64,000 nt of DNA from an uncultured Clostridia bacterium (GCA_904378095.1 CAJFHE010000005.1:9675-73674); one strand, 5' to 3'; shown: positions 1 through 10,309, numbered from the stretch's first letter. Program-made: numbers and translations. The notes: generated by a model from the letters alone, not told the origin.

Positions 1-54
1 TAATTAATTCAATTAAAGTATATTCTTTATCCACTATACATTACTCCCTTTTGA

Positions 55-1890
55 CTATTCTAAATATCCCTCTATTATATTTTTTACTTTAGGTAAAAGA
101 TAATGGCTACCTCTCCTATTTTCTACATTCTCTATCATGTTAATTGTTAATAGTTGCTCATTTGCTTCATCACTTATTACAATTGCATTAAACCAGCCTA
201 ACTCTTCTCCCTCTTCTTCCTTAGAAGCTTTTAATTCAGCTGTACCAGTTTTTCCTGCAATTGTCACACCTCTTATTTGTGCTTCATGTCCTGTGCCATT
301 ACTGTTTTCTACTACCTGTATCATATCATCTCTTATTTCTTCTGCTGCTTCTTCTGTAAATGCATTTTCTACTGCATATTCTGTTTCTTCCCCATATTCT
401 ATGTATGGCTTTATCATATTACCATCATTTACAAAAGCTGAATAAATAGATGCCATATGCAATGGATTTACTAAAACTTGACCTTGACCATATCCAGAAT
501 CTGCAAGTTGCACTTCTGATGAGAATTCATTATTTTCACCAAATTGTGAGCTTGACATACCAATTGGAAAATCAAGTGATTTATCAAAACCAATATTTAA
601 TAATTGTTTTGATAAAGTGTCTGAACCTATTTTTATTGCAGCCTTTGCAAAATATATATTATCCGAGTAAATTAATGCATTTCTCAAATTTGCTGCTCCC
701 GAATAAGTAGTAAGCGTTGTTACTTTATAATCGCCCCAACTTGAATTGTTTTGCCAACTTGTGCCACTTGTACCAAAGTTCTCATCTGCTGTAAAGCTAT
801 TTGTTGTTAAACCTATAGCACCTGTCACAGGTTTAAATGATGAGCCAGGAGCCCATGTACTTTCGTATCTAGTAAACATAGGTGTATTCTCATCTGAGCT
901 TAATGTATTCCATTCTTCATCAGTAAATCCAGTTATGAAACTATTTGAATCAAAACTTGGAGTACTAACCATCGCTAATACCTCTCCAGTCTTTGGATTC
1001 ATAGCTACAGATAGTCCATTATCTCCATCAAATTCATTAAATATTTCTTTTTGTAATTCAATATCTATTGTAGTTCTTATATCCTCTCCATCTTCAACAT
1101 CTGTCTCTGCAATAGTTTTTAATGTGTTTTCATTTGCATCTACAATATATATTCCTGTGCCATTCTTTCCTCTCAATCTATCTTCAAAAGCAAGCTCTAG
1201 CCCGGTCTTTCCTATTGTGCTACTTTCTGTGTACCCCTCACCTTTATGAGCCTGAAGCTCCTCAGCACTTATTCCACGTATATATCCAACCAAATGCGCT
1301 GCAATCTCTCCATAAGGATATTCTCTTACTCCATCTTCGTTTGTTGTTGCAAGCACTTCTCCATTCCTGTCTAATATGTCTCCCCTACTTCCTGTAGTAG
1401 AATATACACGTACTTTATAGCTTTCCTCCAAATCAGGGAAAATCAAATTTGAATACCAATTTATATAGTATTTATTATCATCTTGCCTATCAAAAGTCAT
1501 TGTAAATGGATATGATAACTCTCCAGCTAAAGTGTCAAAAGACATTGTGTATGTCACTGTATATGATGAGTTTTTCTTATCAATATTAACTGCTAAATCA
1601 CTAATAGCTATATTTGCTGCCTCAATACCTTCATAGATATTTTTATTTCTTGCAATATATGTATCTTTATCAACTCTTGAATTAGTAGACTCAGATAGTA
1701 ATGTGTACATTCCTTCATAATCTTTATTATTTAAATAAGATATGTAAGCATTTAATACTTCATCAGGTGTGTTCTGGTCCAAATTAGAAATAATGTACCA
1801 AGTAACTCCACCTGCAATAAGGAGCAGAACTACGATGACTGAAATAATAATTGCTACTTTTTTAGATTTTTTATTATTTTCCTCTTCCAT
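55..1890 (-). CDS. Class B penicillin-binding protein (transpeptidase) with N-terminal membrane anchor and NTF2-like (MecA_N-type) domain
   Basis: 611-aa ORF with an N-terminal TM helix. Transpeptidase motifs SxxK (GSSFKP), SxN (YSDN) and KTG (GKTGTAE) are readable in the translation. Confidence 0.85.
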   Translation of the reverse strand: MEEENNKKSKKVAIIISVIVVLLLIAGGVTWYIISNLDQNTPDEVLNAYISYLNNKDYEGMYTLLSESTNSRVDKDTYIARNKNIYEGIEAANIAISDLAVNIDKKNSSYTVTYTMSFDTLAGELSYPFTMTFDRQDDNKYYINWYSNLIFPDLEESYKVRVYSTTGSRGDILDRNGEVLATTNEDGVREYPYGEIAAHLVGYIRGISAEELQAHKGEGYTESSTIGKTGLELAFEDRLRGKNGTGIYIVDANENTLKTIAETDVEDGEDIRTTIDIELQKEIFNEFDGDNGLSVAMNPKTGEVLAMVSTPSFDSNSFITGFTDEEWNTLSSDENTPMFTRYESTWAPGSSFKPVTGAIGLTTNSFTADENFGTSGTSWQNNSSWGDYKVTTLTTYSGAANLRNALIYSDNIYFAKAAIKIGSDTLSKQLLNIGFDKSLDFPIGMSSSQFGENNEFSSEVQLADSGYGQGQVLVNPLHMASIYSAFVNDGNMIKPYIEYGEETEYAVENAFTEEAAEEIRDDMIQVVENSNGTGHEAQIRGVTIAGKTGTAELKASKEEEGEELGWFNAIVISDEANEQLLTINMIENVENRRGSHYLLPKVKNIIEGYLE

Positions 1891-1912
1891 AAATTTCCTC
1901 CTTGTCGCTATA

Positions 1913-1957
1913 GGGACAGGCTTAAAAACGACATAGTTGTCGTTTTTGGGACAGACC
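1913..1957. repeat. Intergenic repeat unit: GGGACAGGC, then a hairpin (AAAAACGACA/TGTCGTTTTT), then GGGACAGACC
   Basis: Read directly. Its reverse complement aligns with 24595-24639 over about 45 nt with a few mismatches or indels. It lies just downstream of the minus-strand gene remnant ending at 1967. Confidence 0.6.
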
Positions 1958-1966
1958 TGTTTTATA

Positions 1967-2640
1967 CTATGCGATATAATTATTAACTTTTATATTTATT
2001 TTATCAATTTGTTGATTTAGCTTTGTTTTCATTTTACTAATAATAGGTATCTTGTTAAGTAAACTATATATTCCACGTCTAATTAAGTCAATTAATAAGC
2101 AAATTATAAATACTGCAATTATTAATAAAAACGTATATGGTATCATCAAAAGTGAATTTCCATAATTCATTACTCCATCATATCTCCAAAGAGACCTAAA
2201 GTGTATATTTTCTTGAATAATATATATAGAAAGTACAGATGGTGATATTAGAGTGATAAATTTACTTAGCTTTGTTGGTTTAATTTGTATTGTCTTAAAT
2301 TTCATAAACAATAATACTGCCATGATAATTATTAAAATATTAGAAAAATCCAAGAATTTATTATTAATATTAAATAATACTACTAAAACTATATTTTGCG
2401 GAAGAATTTTTATTAATGTTGATACAGTAATATTTAAACAAGCAAATATGATTGCCACTAATAAATATTTAGTAAAGTATTTTTGTTTAGGCTTAATCTC
2501 TACAAATTTCCTTAAATAAGCTCCAATTATATAGTACATTATAACTGGAAATAAATTTCCTATATAAGTATAGATACTATTCTTAAAAGCTCTATATTTA
2601 CATCACGTTTTTTTGCTTTTTGATTTGTATTATTCTCCAT
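1967..2640 (-). pseudogene. Acyltransferase family 3 (membrane O-acyltransferase) remnant with an internal deletion and a frame change
   Basis: The ATG at 2640 opens only MENNTNQKAKKRDVNIELLRIVSILI* (stop 2560-2562), a typical acyltransferase_3 N-terminus. The 190-aa polytopic ORF 1967-2539 (..YYIIGAYLRKF..) is in another frame. The combined length is far below the roughly 330-380 aa usual for the family. Confidence 0.6.
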
Positions 2641-2671
2641 TTATTTTCCCTTTTATTTTTCTAATCTATTT

Positions 2672-3862
2672 CTATTTTACCAAATCCATTGTTTCTCTTG
2701 CAATCATCAATTCCTCGTTTGTAGGAACAACATAAACTTTAACTTTAGAGTCTGGTGTTGAGATTTCAACTTCTTCTCCTCTGCAATTATTCTTTTCTTC
2801 ATCTATTTTTACTCCTAAAAATCCTAAATAATCGCAAATTCCTTTTCTAACAGCAATACCATTCTCTCCTATTCCTGCTTCAAAAGTAATAACATCTACG
2901 CCATTCATTTGAGCTGCAAATCTACCAATGTATCCAGCAACTTGATACATAAATACATCCATTGCAAGCTGAGCTCTTTTATTTCCTTCGTTTGCAGCTG
3001 CTTCTACATCTCTGTCATCACTACTAACTCCTGAAATTCCAAGCTTTCCAGATTTTTTGTTAAGTAATGTTTCCATATCTGCTGGTGATATATTTTCTTT
3101 TTCCATTAAAAATGTTACAACTGAAGGGTCTAAGTCTCCAGACCTTGTACCCATTGGTATTCCTCCAAGTGGAGTTAATCCCATAGATGTATCAACACAT
3201 TTTCCGTCTTTTATAGCACATAAACTTGCTCCTTGACCTAGGTGACAAGAAATTATTTTTAAATCTTCTATAGGTTTATTCATTATTTCAGCAACTCTTT
3301 TTGATACAAATTTATGAGATGTACCATGTGCACCATATTTACGAACTTTATATTTTTCATAATATTCATATGGTATAGCATACATATATGCTTTTTCTGG
3401 CATTGTTTGGTGAAATGCTGTATCAAATACTACAACATTTGGTTTGCCAGGTAATGCTTTTTGACATGCATATATTCCTTGTAAATGAGCAGGATTGTGC
3501 AATGGAGCAAACTGAATTGCATCTTCTATTCCTTTTATTACTTCATCATCGACTAATACAGACTTTGTAAATTTACTTCCTCCATGAACTATTCTATGAC
3601 CTATAGCATCTATTTCATCTAAATTTGAAATTACGCCATAATCTTTATGTAATAGTTGCTCTATAACGATTTCCATACCTTCTGCATGGTTTTTAATATT
3701 CTTCTCTATTTTATACTTTTGTCCTCCTACCTTATGTGTTAAGAAAGAACCTTCTAATCCAATTCTTTCAAAATATCCTTTTGCCATAACTTCTTCTGTT
3801 TCCATATCAATTAATTGATATTTTAATGATGAACTTCCACAGTTTACTACTAAAATTTTCAT
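2672..3862 (-). CDS. ackA: Acetate kinase
   Basis: 396 aa with the N-terminus MKILVVNCGSSSLKYQL. It is full length and lies directly downstream of pta. Confidence 0.95.
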   Translation of the reverse strand: MKILVVNCGSSSLKYQLIDMETEEVMAKGYFERIGLEGSFLTHKVGGQKYKIEKNIKNHAEGMEIVIEQLLHKDYGVISNLDEIDAIGHRIVHGGSKFTKSVLVDDEVIKGIEDAIQFAPLHNPAHLQGIYACQKALPGKPNVVVFDTAFHQTMPEKAYMYAIPYEYYEKYKVRKYGAHGTSHKFVSKRVAEIMNKPIEDLKIISCHLGQGASLCAIKDGKCVDTSMGLTPLGGIPMGTRSGDLDPSVVTFLMEKENISPADMETLLNKKSGKLGISGVSSDDRDVEAAANEGNKRAQLAMDVFMYQVAGYIGRFAAQMNGVDVITFEAGIGENGIAVRKGICDYLGFLGVKIDEEKNNCRGEEVEISTPDSKVKVYVVPTNEELMIARETMDLVK

Positions 3863-3942
3863 TGTAAATCCTCCCTTTTAGTTTTTTTATATTTTTTGAA
3901 AGACAATCTTTCAAATTAACCACTACTATAAAATAAATTTTC

Positions 3943-4938
3943 TTAGCTGTTTGCTTGTACAGCAGTAATTGCAACAACACCTACTATGTCGTCACTATTG
4001 CATCCTCTTGATAAATCATTCACTGGCTTTGCAATACCTTGGCACAATGGGCCATAAGCTTCTGCTTTAGCTAATCTTTGTACTAATTTATATCCAATAT
4101 TTCCTGCATCCAAATTTGGGAATATTAAAGTGTTAGCTTGTCCTTTAATTGGGCTGCCAGGTGCTTTGCTAGCATTTATTTCTGGAATAATTGCTGCATC
4201 TAGTTGTAATTCTCCATCGCAAATTAAATCTGGCATTTTTTCCTTTAATAATTTTGTACCTTCAACAACCTTTTCAGTTAATTCCGAATGAGCGCTTCCA
4301 TGTGTAGAATATGATAGCATTGCTACCTTTGGCTCTTTTCCCACTAATTGCTTAAAGCTTTCACTAGAAGATATAGCTATTTCTGATAATTCATCAGGAG
4401 TTGGATTCTCTACTAAACCACTGTCTCCGAATACAAAAATGCCATTTTCTCCATATTCACAATTAGGAACAACCATTAAGAAAAATGCTGAAACAAGTTT
4501 TGTTCCTGGAGCTGTTTTTAAAATTTGTAGTGCTGGTCTTAAAGTATTTGCTGTAGAATGACAAGCACCTGATACTAAACCGTCTGCATCTCCTTGTTTT
4601 ACCATCATAGTCCCAAAATACATATTATCTTTTAACATTTCTCTTGCTTTTTCAATTGTCATGCCTTTTGCTTTTCTTAATTCATAAAAAGCATTAGCAT
4701 ATTCTTCAAATTTTTCTGATGTTTGTGGATTTATTATTTCTATCCCCGTTATATCAATTTTATTTTCTTTTGCTAACTTAATTGCATCTTCTTCATTACC
4801 AATAAGAATAACATTAGCAAATCCTTCCTTCTTTACTTTTTCTGCTGCTTTTAATACTCTTTTATCTTCACTTTCTGTTAATATAATTGTTTTAATATTT
4901 TGTCTTGCTTTTTCCTTTATCTCATCTATAAATGACAT
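3943..4938 (-). CDS. pta: Phosphate acetyltransferase
   Basis: 331 aa with a PTA_PTB-type sequence (..GLVSGACHSTANTLRPALQI.., ..CNSDDIVGVVAITAVQA). It forms the classical pta-ackA pair. Confidence 0.9.
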   Translation of the reverse strand: MSFIDEIKEKARQNIKTIILTESEDKRVLKAAEKVKKEGFANVILIGNEEDAIKLAKENKIDITGIEIINPQTSEKFEEYANAFYELRKAKGMTIEKAREMLKDNMYFGTMMVKQGDADGLVSGACHSTANTLRPALQILKTAPGTKLVSAFFLMVVPNCEYGENGIFVFGDSGLVENPTPDELSEIAISSSESFKQLVGKEPKVAMLSYSTHGSAHSELTEKVVEGTKLLKEKMPDLICDGELQLDAAIIPEINASKAPGSPIKGQANTLIFPNLDAGNIGYKLVQRLAKAEAYGPLCQGIAKPVNDLSRGCNSDDIVGVVAITAVQANS

Positions 4939-5018
4939 AAAAATAGTACCTCCTTAAATCACAAAATAATACCTATATTATATATGTTATTTAAGAAAAG
5001 TACAAGCATTTTTTTAAA

Positions 5019-5417
5019 TTAATAATATCTATAATTATTGCTCATATTTTGCATATTTGAGTTATTTGAAAAATTATTTGAAGTATTAATATTATTGTTA
5101 AAATCAAATAACATGTTGTATGGTAAATTTGAGATTGTTATAAATTTAATAGAATAAATATCAGCATATGTTACGACATCACTTTCTAAGGCTCTAAGCA
5201 ATATATAACTTGCTCCTACATCTAGCAAAATACCAGTTCTATCAACCAAGTTATTTGTTCCAATTAAGAATTCTACTCTCATTAGTTTTCCTATGTTTTC
5301 CCTTAAAAAAGCTGGTGTATAAATATTATTTGTAAGTATTTCTGGCGAATTTTGATTAATGTTTACATTCCTATTTTCTTGAAATTCTTTTGTTTCGATA
5401 CTTTTTTCACTTTCCAT
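5019..5417 (-). CDS. gerQ: Spore coat protein GerQ-like
   Basis: 132 aa. The C-terminal half (ENIGKLMRVEFLIG...GILLDVGASYILLR...YADIYSIKFITI) follows the GerQ pattern. It lies directly downstream of a CwlJ-family gene, as in the B. subtilis cwlJ-gerQ operon. Confidence 0.6.
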   Translation of the reverse strand: MESEKSIETKEFQENRNVNINQNSPEILTNNIYTPAFLRENIGKLMRVEFLIGTNNLVDRTGILLDVGASYILLRALESDVVTYADIYSIKFITISNLPYNMLFDFNNNINTSNNFSNNSNMQNMSNNYRYY

Positions 5418-5522
5418 TTAACAAAATATCCTTTCTTAAGAAACTAATTTATTTCAATTAATTTCTTACCTGATTTTAAGTTTTGCGGTAAACTTATAAA
5501 ACCTGTTTAAGTAAAATCTCTA

Positions 5523-5550
5523 TATTATATGTTTTTTTTCAAAATTTGTT
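5523..5550 (-). promoter_or_regulatory. Possible mother-cell sigma (sigK/sigE-type) promoter upstream of gerQ
   Basis: The minus strand reads AC, then 16 nt, then CATATAATA, matching the AC-16/17-CATA---TA pattern. This is a motif match only. Confidence 0.25.
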
Positions 5551-5561
5551 CATTAGTTTGT

Positions 5562-6010
5562 CTACGTATCTGCATATAGGGCAGTCGGTCTATAGAAACA
5601 ATGCTCCCCTAGTCTTGTATGAAATGTACCAGAGCCATTAGAAGGAAAAGTACTTCCACATGATGGTCTGAAAGGATTTAGATACCATAAGCATTCAACT
5701 ATTTCGTTTAATTTGTTGCCAGCCAATGCCCAATCTGCAATTTCATAATGTACATCAGTAGGATTCATATTATATATATTTTGTGGATTATACTGACCAT
5801 TTATTGTTTCTCTTACGCAATCAAACTGGCCAGGCTGAAATATAATATTGCGTATGCTACCTCCTTGTGACACTCTTGAATATTCACCTTCTACAGCCTG
5901 TACTCTGTTCATAATTACAGTTGCAACTGCTTTCATACCATTGTCTCCTTCACCGTCCGTGCCTCACATTGAACTACCCTTGCAATTAACTCCCTGTCAG
6001 AATATGCCAT
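5562..6010 (-). pseudogene. cwlJ: CwlJ/SleB-family spore cortex-lytic hydrolase with an interrupted reading frame
   Basis: The ATG at 6010 (RBS GGAGGAGG) gives MAYSDRELIARVVQCEARTVKETMV*. The rest (..DGEGDNGMKAVATVIMNRV.. to the stop at 5562) is in another frame. The frames meet at CGGACGG (5953-5959). A joined product would be about 149 aa, the size of CwlJ. Confidence 0.7.
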
Positions 6011-6179
6011 ATCCTCCTCCATTAAAGAAATTCTTTTTTCTAGATATTATATTCATTAATTTTGTTTAATGTGAGATTTCCTTATAGAATTATAGTTGTC
6101 AAAAATTTTTAATATTAAAGAAACTTTCTATGCATACTAGCATTTTTTTAATATTTATTGTATAATATATTTGTCACAT

Positions 6180-6265
6180 GCGAGTATGCTGGAACTGGCA
6201 GACAGGCACGTTTGAGGGGCGTGTGCTTTAAAAGCGTATGGGTTCAAGTCCCATTACTCGCACCA
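6180..6265 (+). tRNA. tRNA-Leu (anticodon GAG), class II with long variable arm, CCA encoded
   Basis: Folded by hand. Acceptor GCGAGTA/TACTCGC, anticodon stem CACGT/GCGTG with loop TTGAGGG (GAG), variable arm GCTT-TAA-AAGC, T arm ATGGG-TTCAAGT-CCCAT, 3' ACCA. Confidence 0.85.
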
Positions 6266-6307
6266 ATAATAATTTTTTGTAACAACGTAGTAAAATGGAG
6301 ACGTTAT

Positions 6308-7189
6308 ATGAATTTAACTTACAAAATAAAAGAAAACGATAGTTATAATAATATAAAAGAATTACTAAAAGCCTATTTTAAAATATCAGATAGGCTTTTA
6401 TTGAAATTAAAGAAAAATAATAAGATAAAGTTGAACGACAAAGAAACAAATATTAATTCTCCCCTATCTTTTGGCGACATTATAGAAGTTTTAATTGATT
6501 TTGAAGAAGATAATTCTAATATCATACCTGTAAAAATGGCTTTAGATATAATTTACGAAGATGATGCATATTTAATAGTTAACAAACCTGCTGGCATACC
6601 AATTCACCCATCAATGGAACATTTTATAGATAGCTTATCAAATGGTATAAAATATTATTTTGACTCAATTGATTTAAAGAAGAAAATTAGAGCAGTAAAT
6701 AGATTAGATAAAAACACATCTGGATTAGTCATTTTTGCTAAGAATGAATATATACAAGAATGCTTAATAAGGCAAATGAAAACTGAAAATTTTTATAAAG
6801 AATATATTGCACTTTGCGAAGGAGTTTTCGAAAAAGAAAAAGGCATTATAAATGCTCCCATCGCCCGCAAAGAAAATAGTATTATAGAAAGATGTGTTAG
6901 TGTTTCTGGAGATACTGCTATTACTGAATATGAAGTTTTAAAATATAATAAAGAAAAGAATTATTCTGTTGTTAAATGTGTGTTAAAAACTGGTCGCACT
7001 CATCAAATTCGTGTTCATATGAGTTATATTGGTCATCCATTACTTGGTGACACGCTATACGGAAATTCCTCAGAGTTAATTAATAGGCAAGGTTTGCATT
7101 CATACAAAACTAGCTTTATTCATCCAATATATAATAAGAAAGAACAATATATTGCTAACATTCCAAATGATATGCTTAGTTTGATTTAA
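6308..7189 (+). CDS. RluA-family 23S rRNA pseudouridine synthase (RluD-like)
   Basis: 293 aa from the ATG at 6308 (GGAG upstream). Motifs VNRLDKNTSGLVIFAK and GRTHQIRVH are present. The ORF-track start at 6158 runs through the tRNA and is an artefact. Confidence 0.85.
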   Translation: MNLTYKIKENDSYNNIKELLKAYFKISDRLLLKLKKNNKIKLNDKETNINSPLSFGDIIEVLIDFEEDNSNIIPVKMALDIIYEDDAYLIVNKPAGIPIHPSMEHFIDSLSNGIKYYFDSIDLKKKIRAVNRLDKNTSGLVIFAKNEYIQECLIRQMKTENFYKEYIALCEGVFEKEKGIINAPIARKENSIIERCVSVSGDTAITEYEVLKYNKEKNYSVVKCVLKTGRTHQIRVHMSYIGHPLLGDTLYGNSSELINRQGLHSYKTSFIHPIYNKKEQYIANIPNDMLSLI

Positions 7190-7198
7190 GTATTTCTC

Positions 7199-7229
7199 AA
7201 AAGCCAGCAGAGCTTATCTGCTGGCTTTT
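7199..7229. terminator. Bidirectional intrinsic terminator between the convergent rluD-like and ATPase genes
   Basis: AAAAGCCAGCAG-agcttat-CTGCTGGCTTTT: a perfect 8-bp GC-rich stem flanked by A and T runs. Confidence 0.8.
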
Positions 7230-7242
7230 ATTAATTTATATA

Positions 7243-9561
7243 TTAATATCCCAATTTTTTGTATATCTTTTGTTTTATTGTAAGAACTATTACATCTATC
7301 ACAGCAAATACAATAAATATTCCAAATTCTCTTGTGTTTATACTTGTTATTTGTAATATGTTTCTAAACAAAAATACTGCTAAGAAAAATCCCACAAATG
7401 TTGTACTAAATAAAAATACACGTAATTTGTTAAATGGTAAGCACACCTCTAAAACTGCCATTATGCTAACAAATCCAATTAATAGATACATAATTGTTAC
7501 TAATTGAGCTTGTGCAATATTTAAAACTGGTGCCATAAATGTAAGGAACACTATATTAAGCATTATTACAATTGCAAATGGTGCTGCATTTCGTAGTACT
7601 GTATGCAAAAACACACCTCTCACAGGCTTGCTATTTGGCTCAAATGAGATAAATAGTGATGTATATGCCTCAATTACTAAATCTATTAATGTAATTTGTA
7701 TTGGTAAAAATGGGAAAGCTGTATTTGTTAATATACAAAAGACTGTTAATAGCACAGAATATATAGTTTTAATAAAGAATATTCTAGCAACACTTGTAAG
7801 GTTATTAACAACTCTTCTTCCTTCCATTAAAACATCTTTAAGCACGCTAAAGTCTTGGTTTAAAAGTACAATTTGAGATACTTGTTTTGCTGCATCATTA
7901 GCTTCTGGTAAGGTAATACTGCAGTCAGCTTCTCTTAAAGCTATTACGTCATTAACCCCATCGCCTGTCATTGCTACTTGATGTCCCTTTGCTTGTAGTG
8001 CCTTTACAATAATACTCTTTTGATGAGGTAGTACTCTCGCGAAAATACTATATTTATCTACTATATCTACAATATCTGCATCAGAATCTAATGTTGATAA
8101 ATCAATATATGATTCATAATCTTCAAGTCCTGCCCTTTTAGCAATAGTTGATACAGTAACAGGGTTGTCTCCGGATATGATTTTTATATCAACTTCCTGG
8201 GTTTTAAAATATCCAAGCATTTCTTTTGCATTTTTTCTTAGTGGGTCTGCTAAAACAATTGAAGCTACAATAGCTAACTGCGGTAATTCTTCTAATTCTG
8301 GGTCTAGTTCTTCTTTAGTATAAGCAACACATAATGCTCTTTTTCCATCTTTTTGAGCAGCTGCTACACTTTGTGGTAATTCTACTCCAGCTTTAGCTAC
8401 CAATCTTTCTGGTGCCCCAACTATTATACTTCCAACATCTTTCAAAGTGACACTACTCCATTTTCTTTCGGATGAAAATGATATATCACTTATTTTTTCA
8501 TATTTTACCTCTCCTTTAAAGTGATTTTTAAGCGCCATAAAAGTTGCATTGCTATCATCTGTTAACTTCACATATGAATTCATTATATTATCAAAACTGT
8601 CTGGTAAAACGCTTTCATCATATTTTTCAACATCTATCACCTTCATTTTTCCTTCAGTAATAGTACCAGTTTTATCTAAGCATAAAGTATCCACATGTGC
8701 TAAAGTTTCTACACTATATAAATCTTGAACTAGGACTTCTTTTTTAGCAAGTTTAATTACGCCAGACTCAAGAGCAATACTTGTCAATAGCACAAATCCT
8801 TTTGGAAGCATTCCCAAAAGTGCTGCAGCGGTTGCTATAACTGATTGTTGCAACGTTGTCTCTCTAAAAACAAATGCTTGCACAAACAATATAACTCCTG
8901 CTGGGATAATAACGAAGCTTGTAAAGTTTGTAACTTTTTTCATTGAATTTAAGAGCTCAGAATTAACTTTTTTGTGTTTCTTTGTAGCATTTATAATTTG
9001 ATTTGCGAAATTGTCGTCTCCTACTTTCTCTATTTTTGCATAACATTTTCCACTTACAACATAACTACCTGATAAAAGCTTTGCGTCCTTTTCCTTTAAA
9101 ATAGTATCAGATTCACCAGTTAGGAGCGACTCATTTACTTCTATTTCTCCATTTATTACATATGCATCAGATGGAATCTGGTCACCTTGTTCAAGTAAAA
9201 TCACATCATCTATGACAATTTCATTTATATGGACTTCTTCTTGTTTTCCATTTCTTATAACTTTTGTTTTAGCAACTGTTAAAATTGATAATTTCTTTAC
9301 TAGATTTTTTCCATGAATTTCTTGTATTATTCCGATTAATACATTAATAATAATTATTAGAATAAAAACCATATTTGTGTACGCATGTACACATGCTAAT
9401 GCAATTGCAATTATTAAGTTAAATAAGTTAAAAAGTGTACAAACATTATCTCTTACAATTTGCCAATTGGATTTTAGGTTATTTGTATTCGAATTATTTA
9501 CCTTTCCCTCTTCAACTCTCTTTTGTACTTCTTCACTTGTTAATCCTTTTATTTCTTCCAT
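7243..9561 (-). CDS. Cation-transporting P-type ATPase (HAD-IC family, Ca2+/Mg2+-type)
   Basis: 772 aa with a Cation_ATPase_N-like start (LTSEEVQKRVEEGKVN), TGES, DKTGTIT and TGDGVNDV motifs, and about 10 TM segments. Confidence 0.85.
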   Translation of the reverse strand: MEEIKGLTSEEVQKRVEEGKVNNSNTNNLKSNWQIVRDNVCTLFNLFNLIIAIALACVHAYTNMVFILIIIINVLIGIIQEIHGKNLVKKLSILTVAKTKVIRNGKQEEVHINEIVIDDVILLEQGDQIPSDAYVINGEIEVNESLLTGESDTILKEKDAKLLSGSYVVSGKCYAKIEKVGDDNFANQIINATKKHKKVNSELLNSMKKVTNFTSFVIIPAGVILFVQAFVFRETTLQQSVIATAAALLGMLPKGFVLLTSIALESGVIKLAKKEVLVQDLYSVETLAHVDTLCLDKTGTITEGKMKVIDVEKYDESVLPDSFDNIMNSYVKLTDDSNATFMALKNHFKGEVKYEKISDISFSSERKWSSVTLKDVGSIIVGAPERLVAKAGVELPQSVAAAQKDGKRALCVAYTKEELDPELEELPQLAIVASIVLADPLRKNAKEMLGYFKTQEVDIKIISGDNPVTVSTIAKRAGLEDYESYIDLSTLDSDADIVDIVDKYSIFARVLPHQKSIIVKALQAKGHQVAMTGDGVNDVIALREADCSITLPEANDAAKQVSQIVLLNQDFSVLKDVLMEGRRVVNNLTSVARIFFIKTIYSVLLTVFCILTNTAFPFLPIQITLIDLVIEAYTSLFISFEPNSKPVRGVFLHTVLRNAAPFAIVIMLNIVFLTFMAPVLNIAQAQLVTIMYLLIGFVSIMAVLEVCLPFNKLRVFLFSTTFVGFFLAVFLFRNILQITSINTREFGIFIVFAVIDVIVLTIKQKIYKKLGY

Positions 9562-9604
9562 TTTATAGTTTCCTTTCTTAATTTTCTACAAAGCTGCTTT
9601 TCCT

Positions 9605-9633
9605 ATTATACAATTAACCTTGCCTTTTGACAA
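9605..9633 (-). promoter_or_regulatory. SigA-type promoter for the P-type ATPase gene
   Basis: The minus strand reads TTGTCA, a 17-nt spacer, then TATAAT, about 40 nt upstream of the ATG at 9561. Confidence 0.55.
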
Positions 9634-9771
9634 GACATTATTTAAAAATTAATATTTTTTATAAAATATGCTAGACTTTTTTTTGTTTTTTGTGTATGAT
9701 TATATAGTATTAAATAATTTGTGTGTTAGCGAAAGATAAACTTTCGACTTTTGTTGATTGGAGGATTAAAT

Positions 9772-10155
9772 ATGTTAAAATTTTCAAAAAAAGTAAAAAT
9801 TATATTCATTTTATTTATTATATTAATAGGTATCAATACTATAGTTTTGGCAACAGATATAAATATGAACTTGCCATCTGATGATGTTACTACATACGAA
9901 AATGGTACTGGAACAAACAATATTGATGACACTACTTCAACAAATGAGATACAAAATGACAATAGAGATATTACCGATGCAACTGATATGAGTGAGCCAC
10001 AAGATGATGTTGGTGGAACTGCTGCCCCATCAGATGTTAGCAGTATAGCACAAGAAAATATGAGTTTTTCAAATATTTTAAATATTTTATTAATTGCAGT
10101 AGGCGTAATTTTAATATTATTAGCAATTGCAATATTAATTAGATTAAGGTCATAA
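9772..10155 (+). CDS. Hypothetical exported protein with a C-terminal membrane anchor
   Basis: The ATG at 9772 follows GGAGGA. It has a signal-like N-terminus (MLKFSKKVKIIFILFILIGINTIVLA), an acidic/Thr-rich middle and a C-terminal TM helix. Confidence 0.5.
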   Translation: MLKFSKKVKIIFILFIILIGINTIVLATDINMNLPSDDVTTYENGTGTNNIDDTTSTNEIQNDNRDITDATDMSEPQDDVGGTAAPSDVSSIAQENMSFSNILNILLIAVGVILILLAIAILIRLRS

Positions 10156-10176
10156 TAAAAAATCTAGAACTTACCG

Positions 10177-10220
10177 AAACATGGTAACAGATTAAAATTT
10201 GTTACCATGTTTTATTTTTT
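10177..10220 (+). terminator. Intrinsic terminator
   Basis: AAACATGGTAAC-12 nt loop-GTTACCATGTTT followed by a T run. Confidence 0.75.
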
Positions 10221-10309
10221 TGTATATTTTATTTTAAAAAAGCAATAATATAAATAGAGATATTCTTTTAAATGCTCAAAACATAATTTCATATATAAGG
10301 AGGTCTAAA

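Noticed and set aside
137-1397. Plus-strand ORFs antisense to the PBP gene. Similar cases include 7259-7876, 27130-27495, 33333-33996, 35606-36106, 41392-43822, 55242-56819, 57788-58525 and 59027-61075.
   Set aside because: These are shadow ORFs on the opposite strand of well-supported genes. They have low-complexity Ser/Phe/Ile/Leu-rich translations, no RBS and no recognisable motifs.
6158-6307. The first 50 codons of the ORF-track entry 6158-7189
   Set aside because: This part of the ORF runs straight through the tRNA-Leu gene (6180-6265). The real pseudouridine synthase CDS starts at the ATG at 6308, which has its own RBS.
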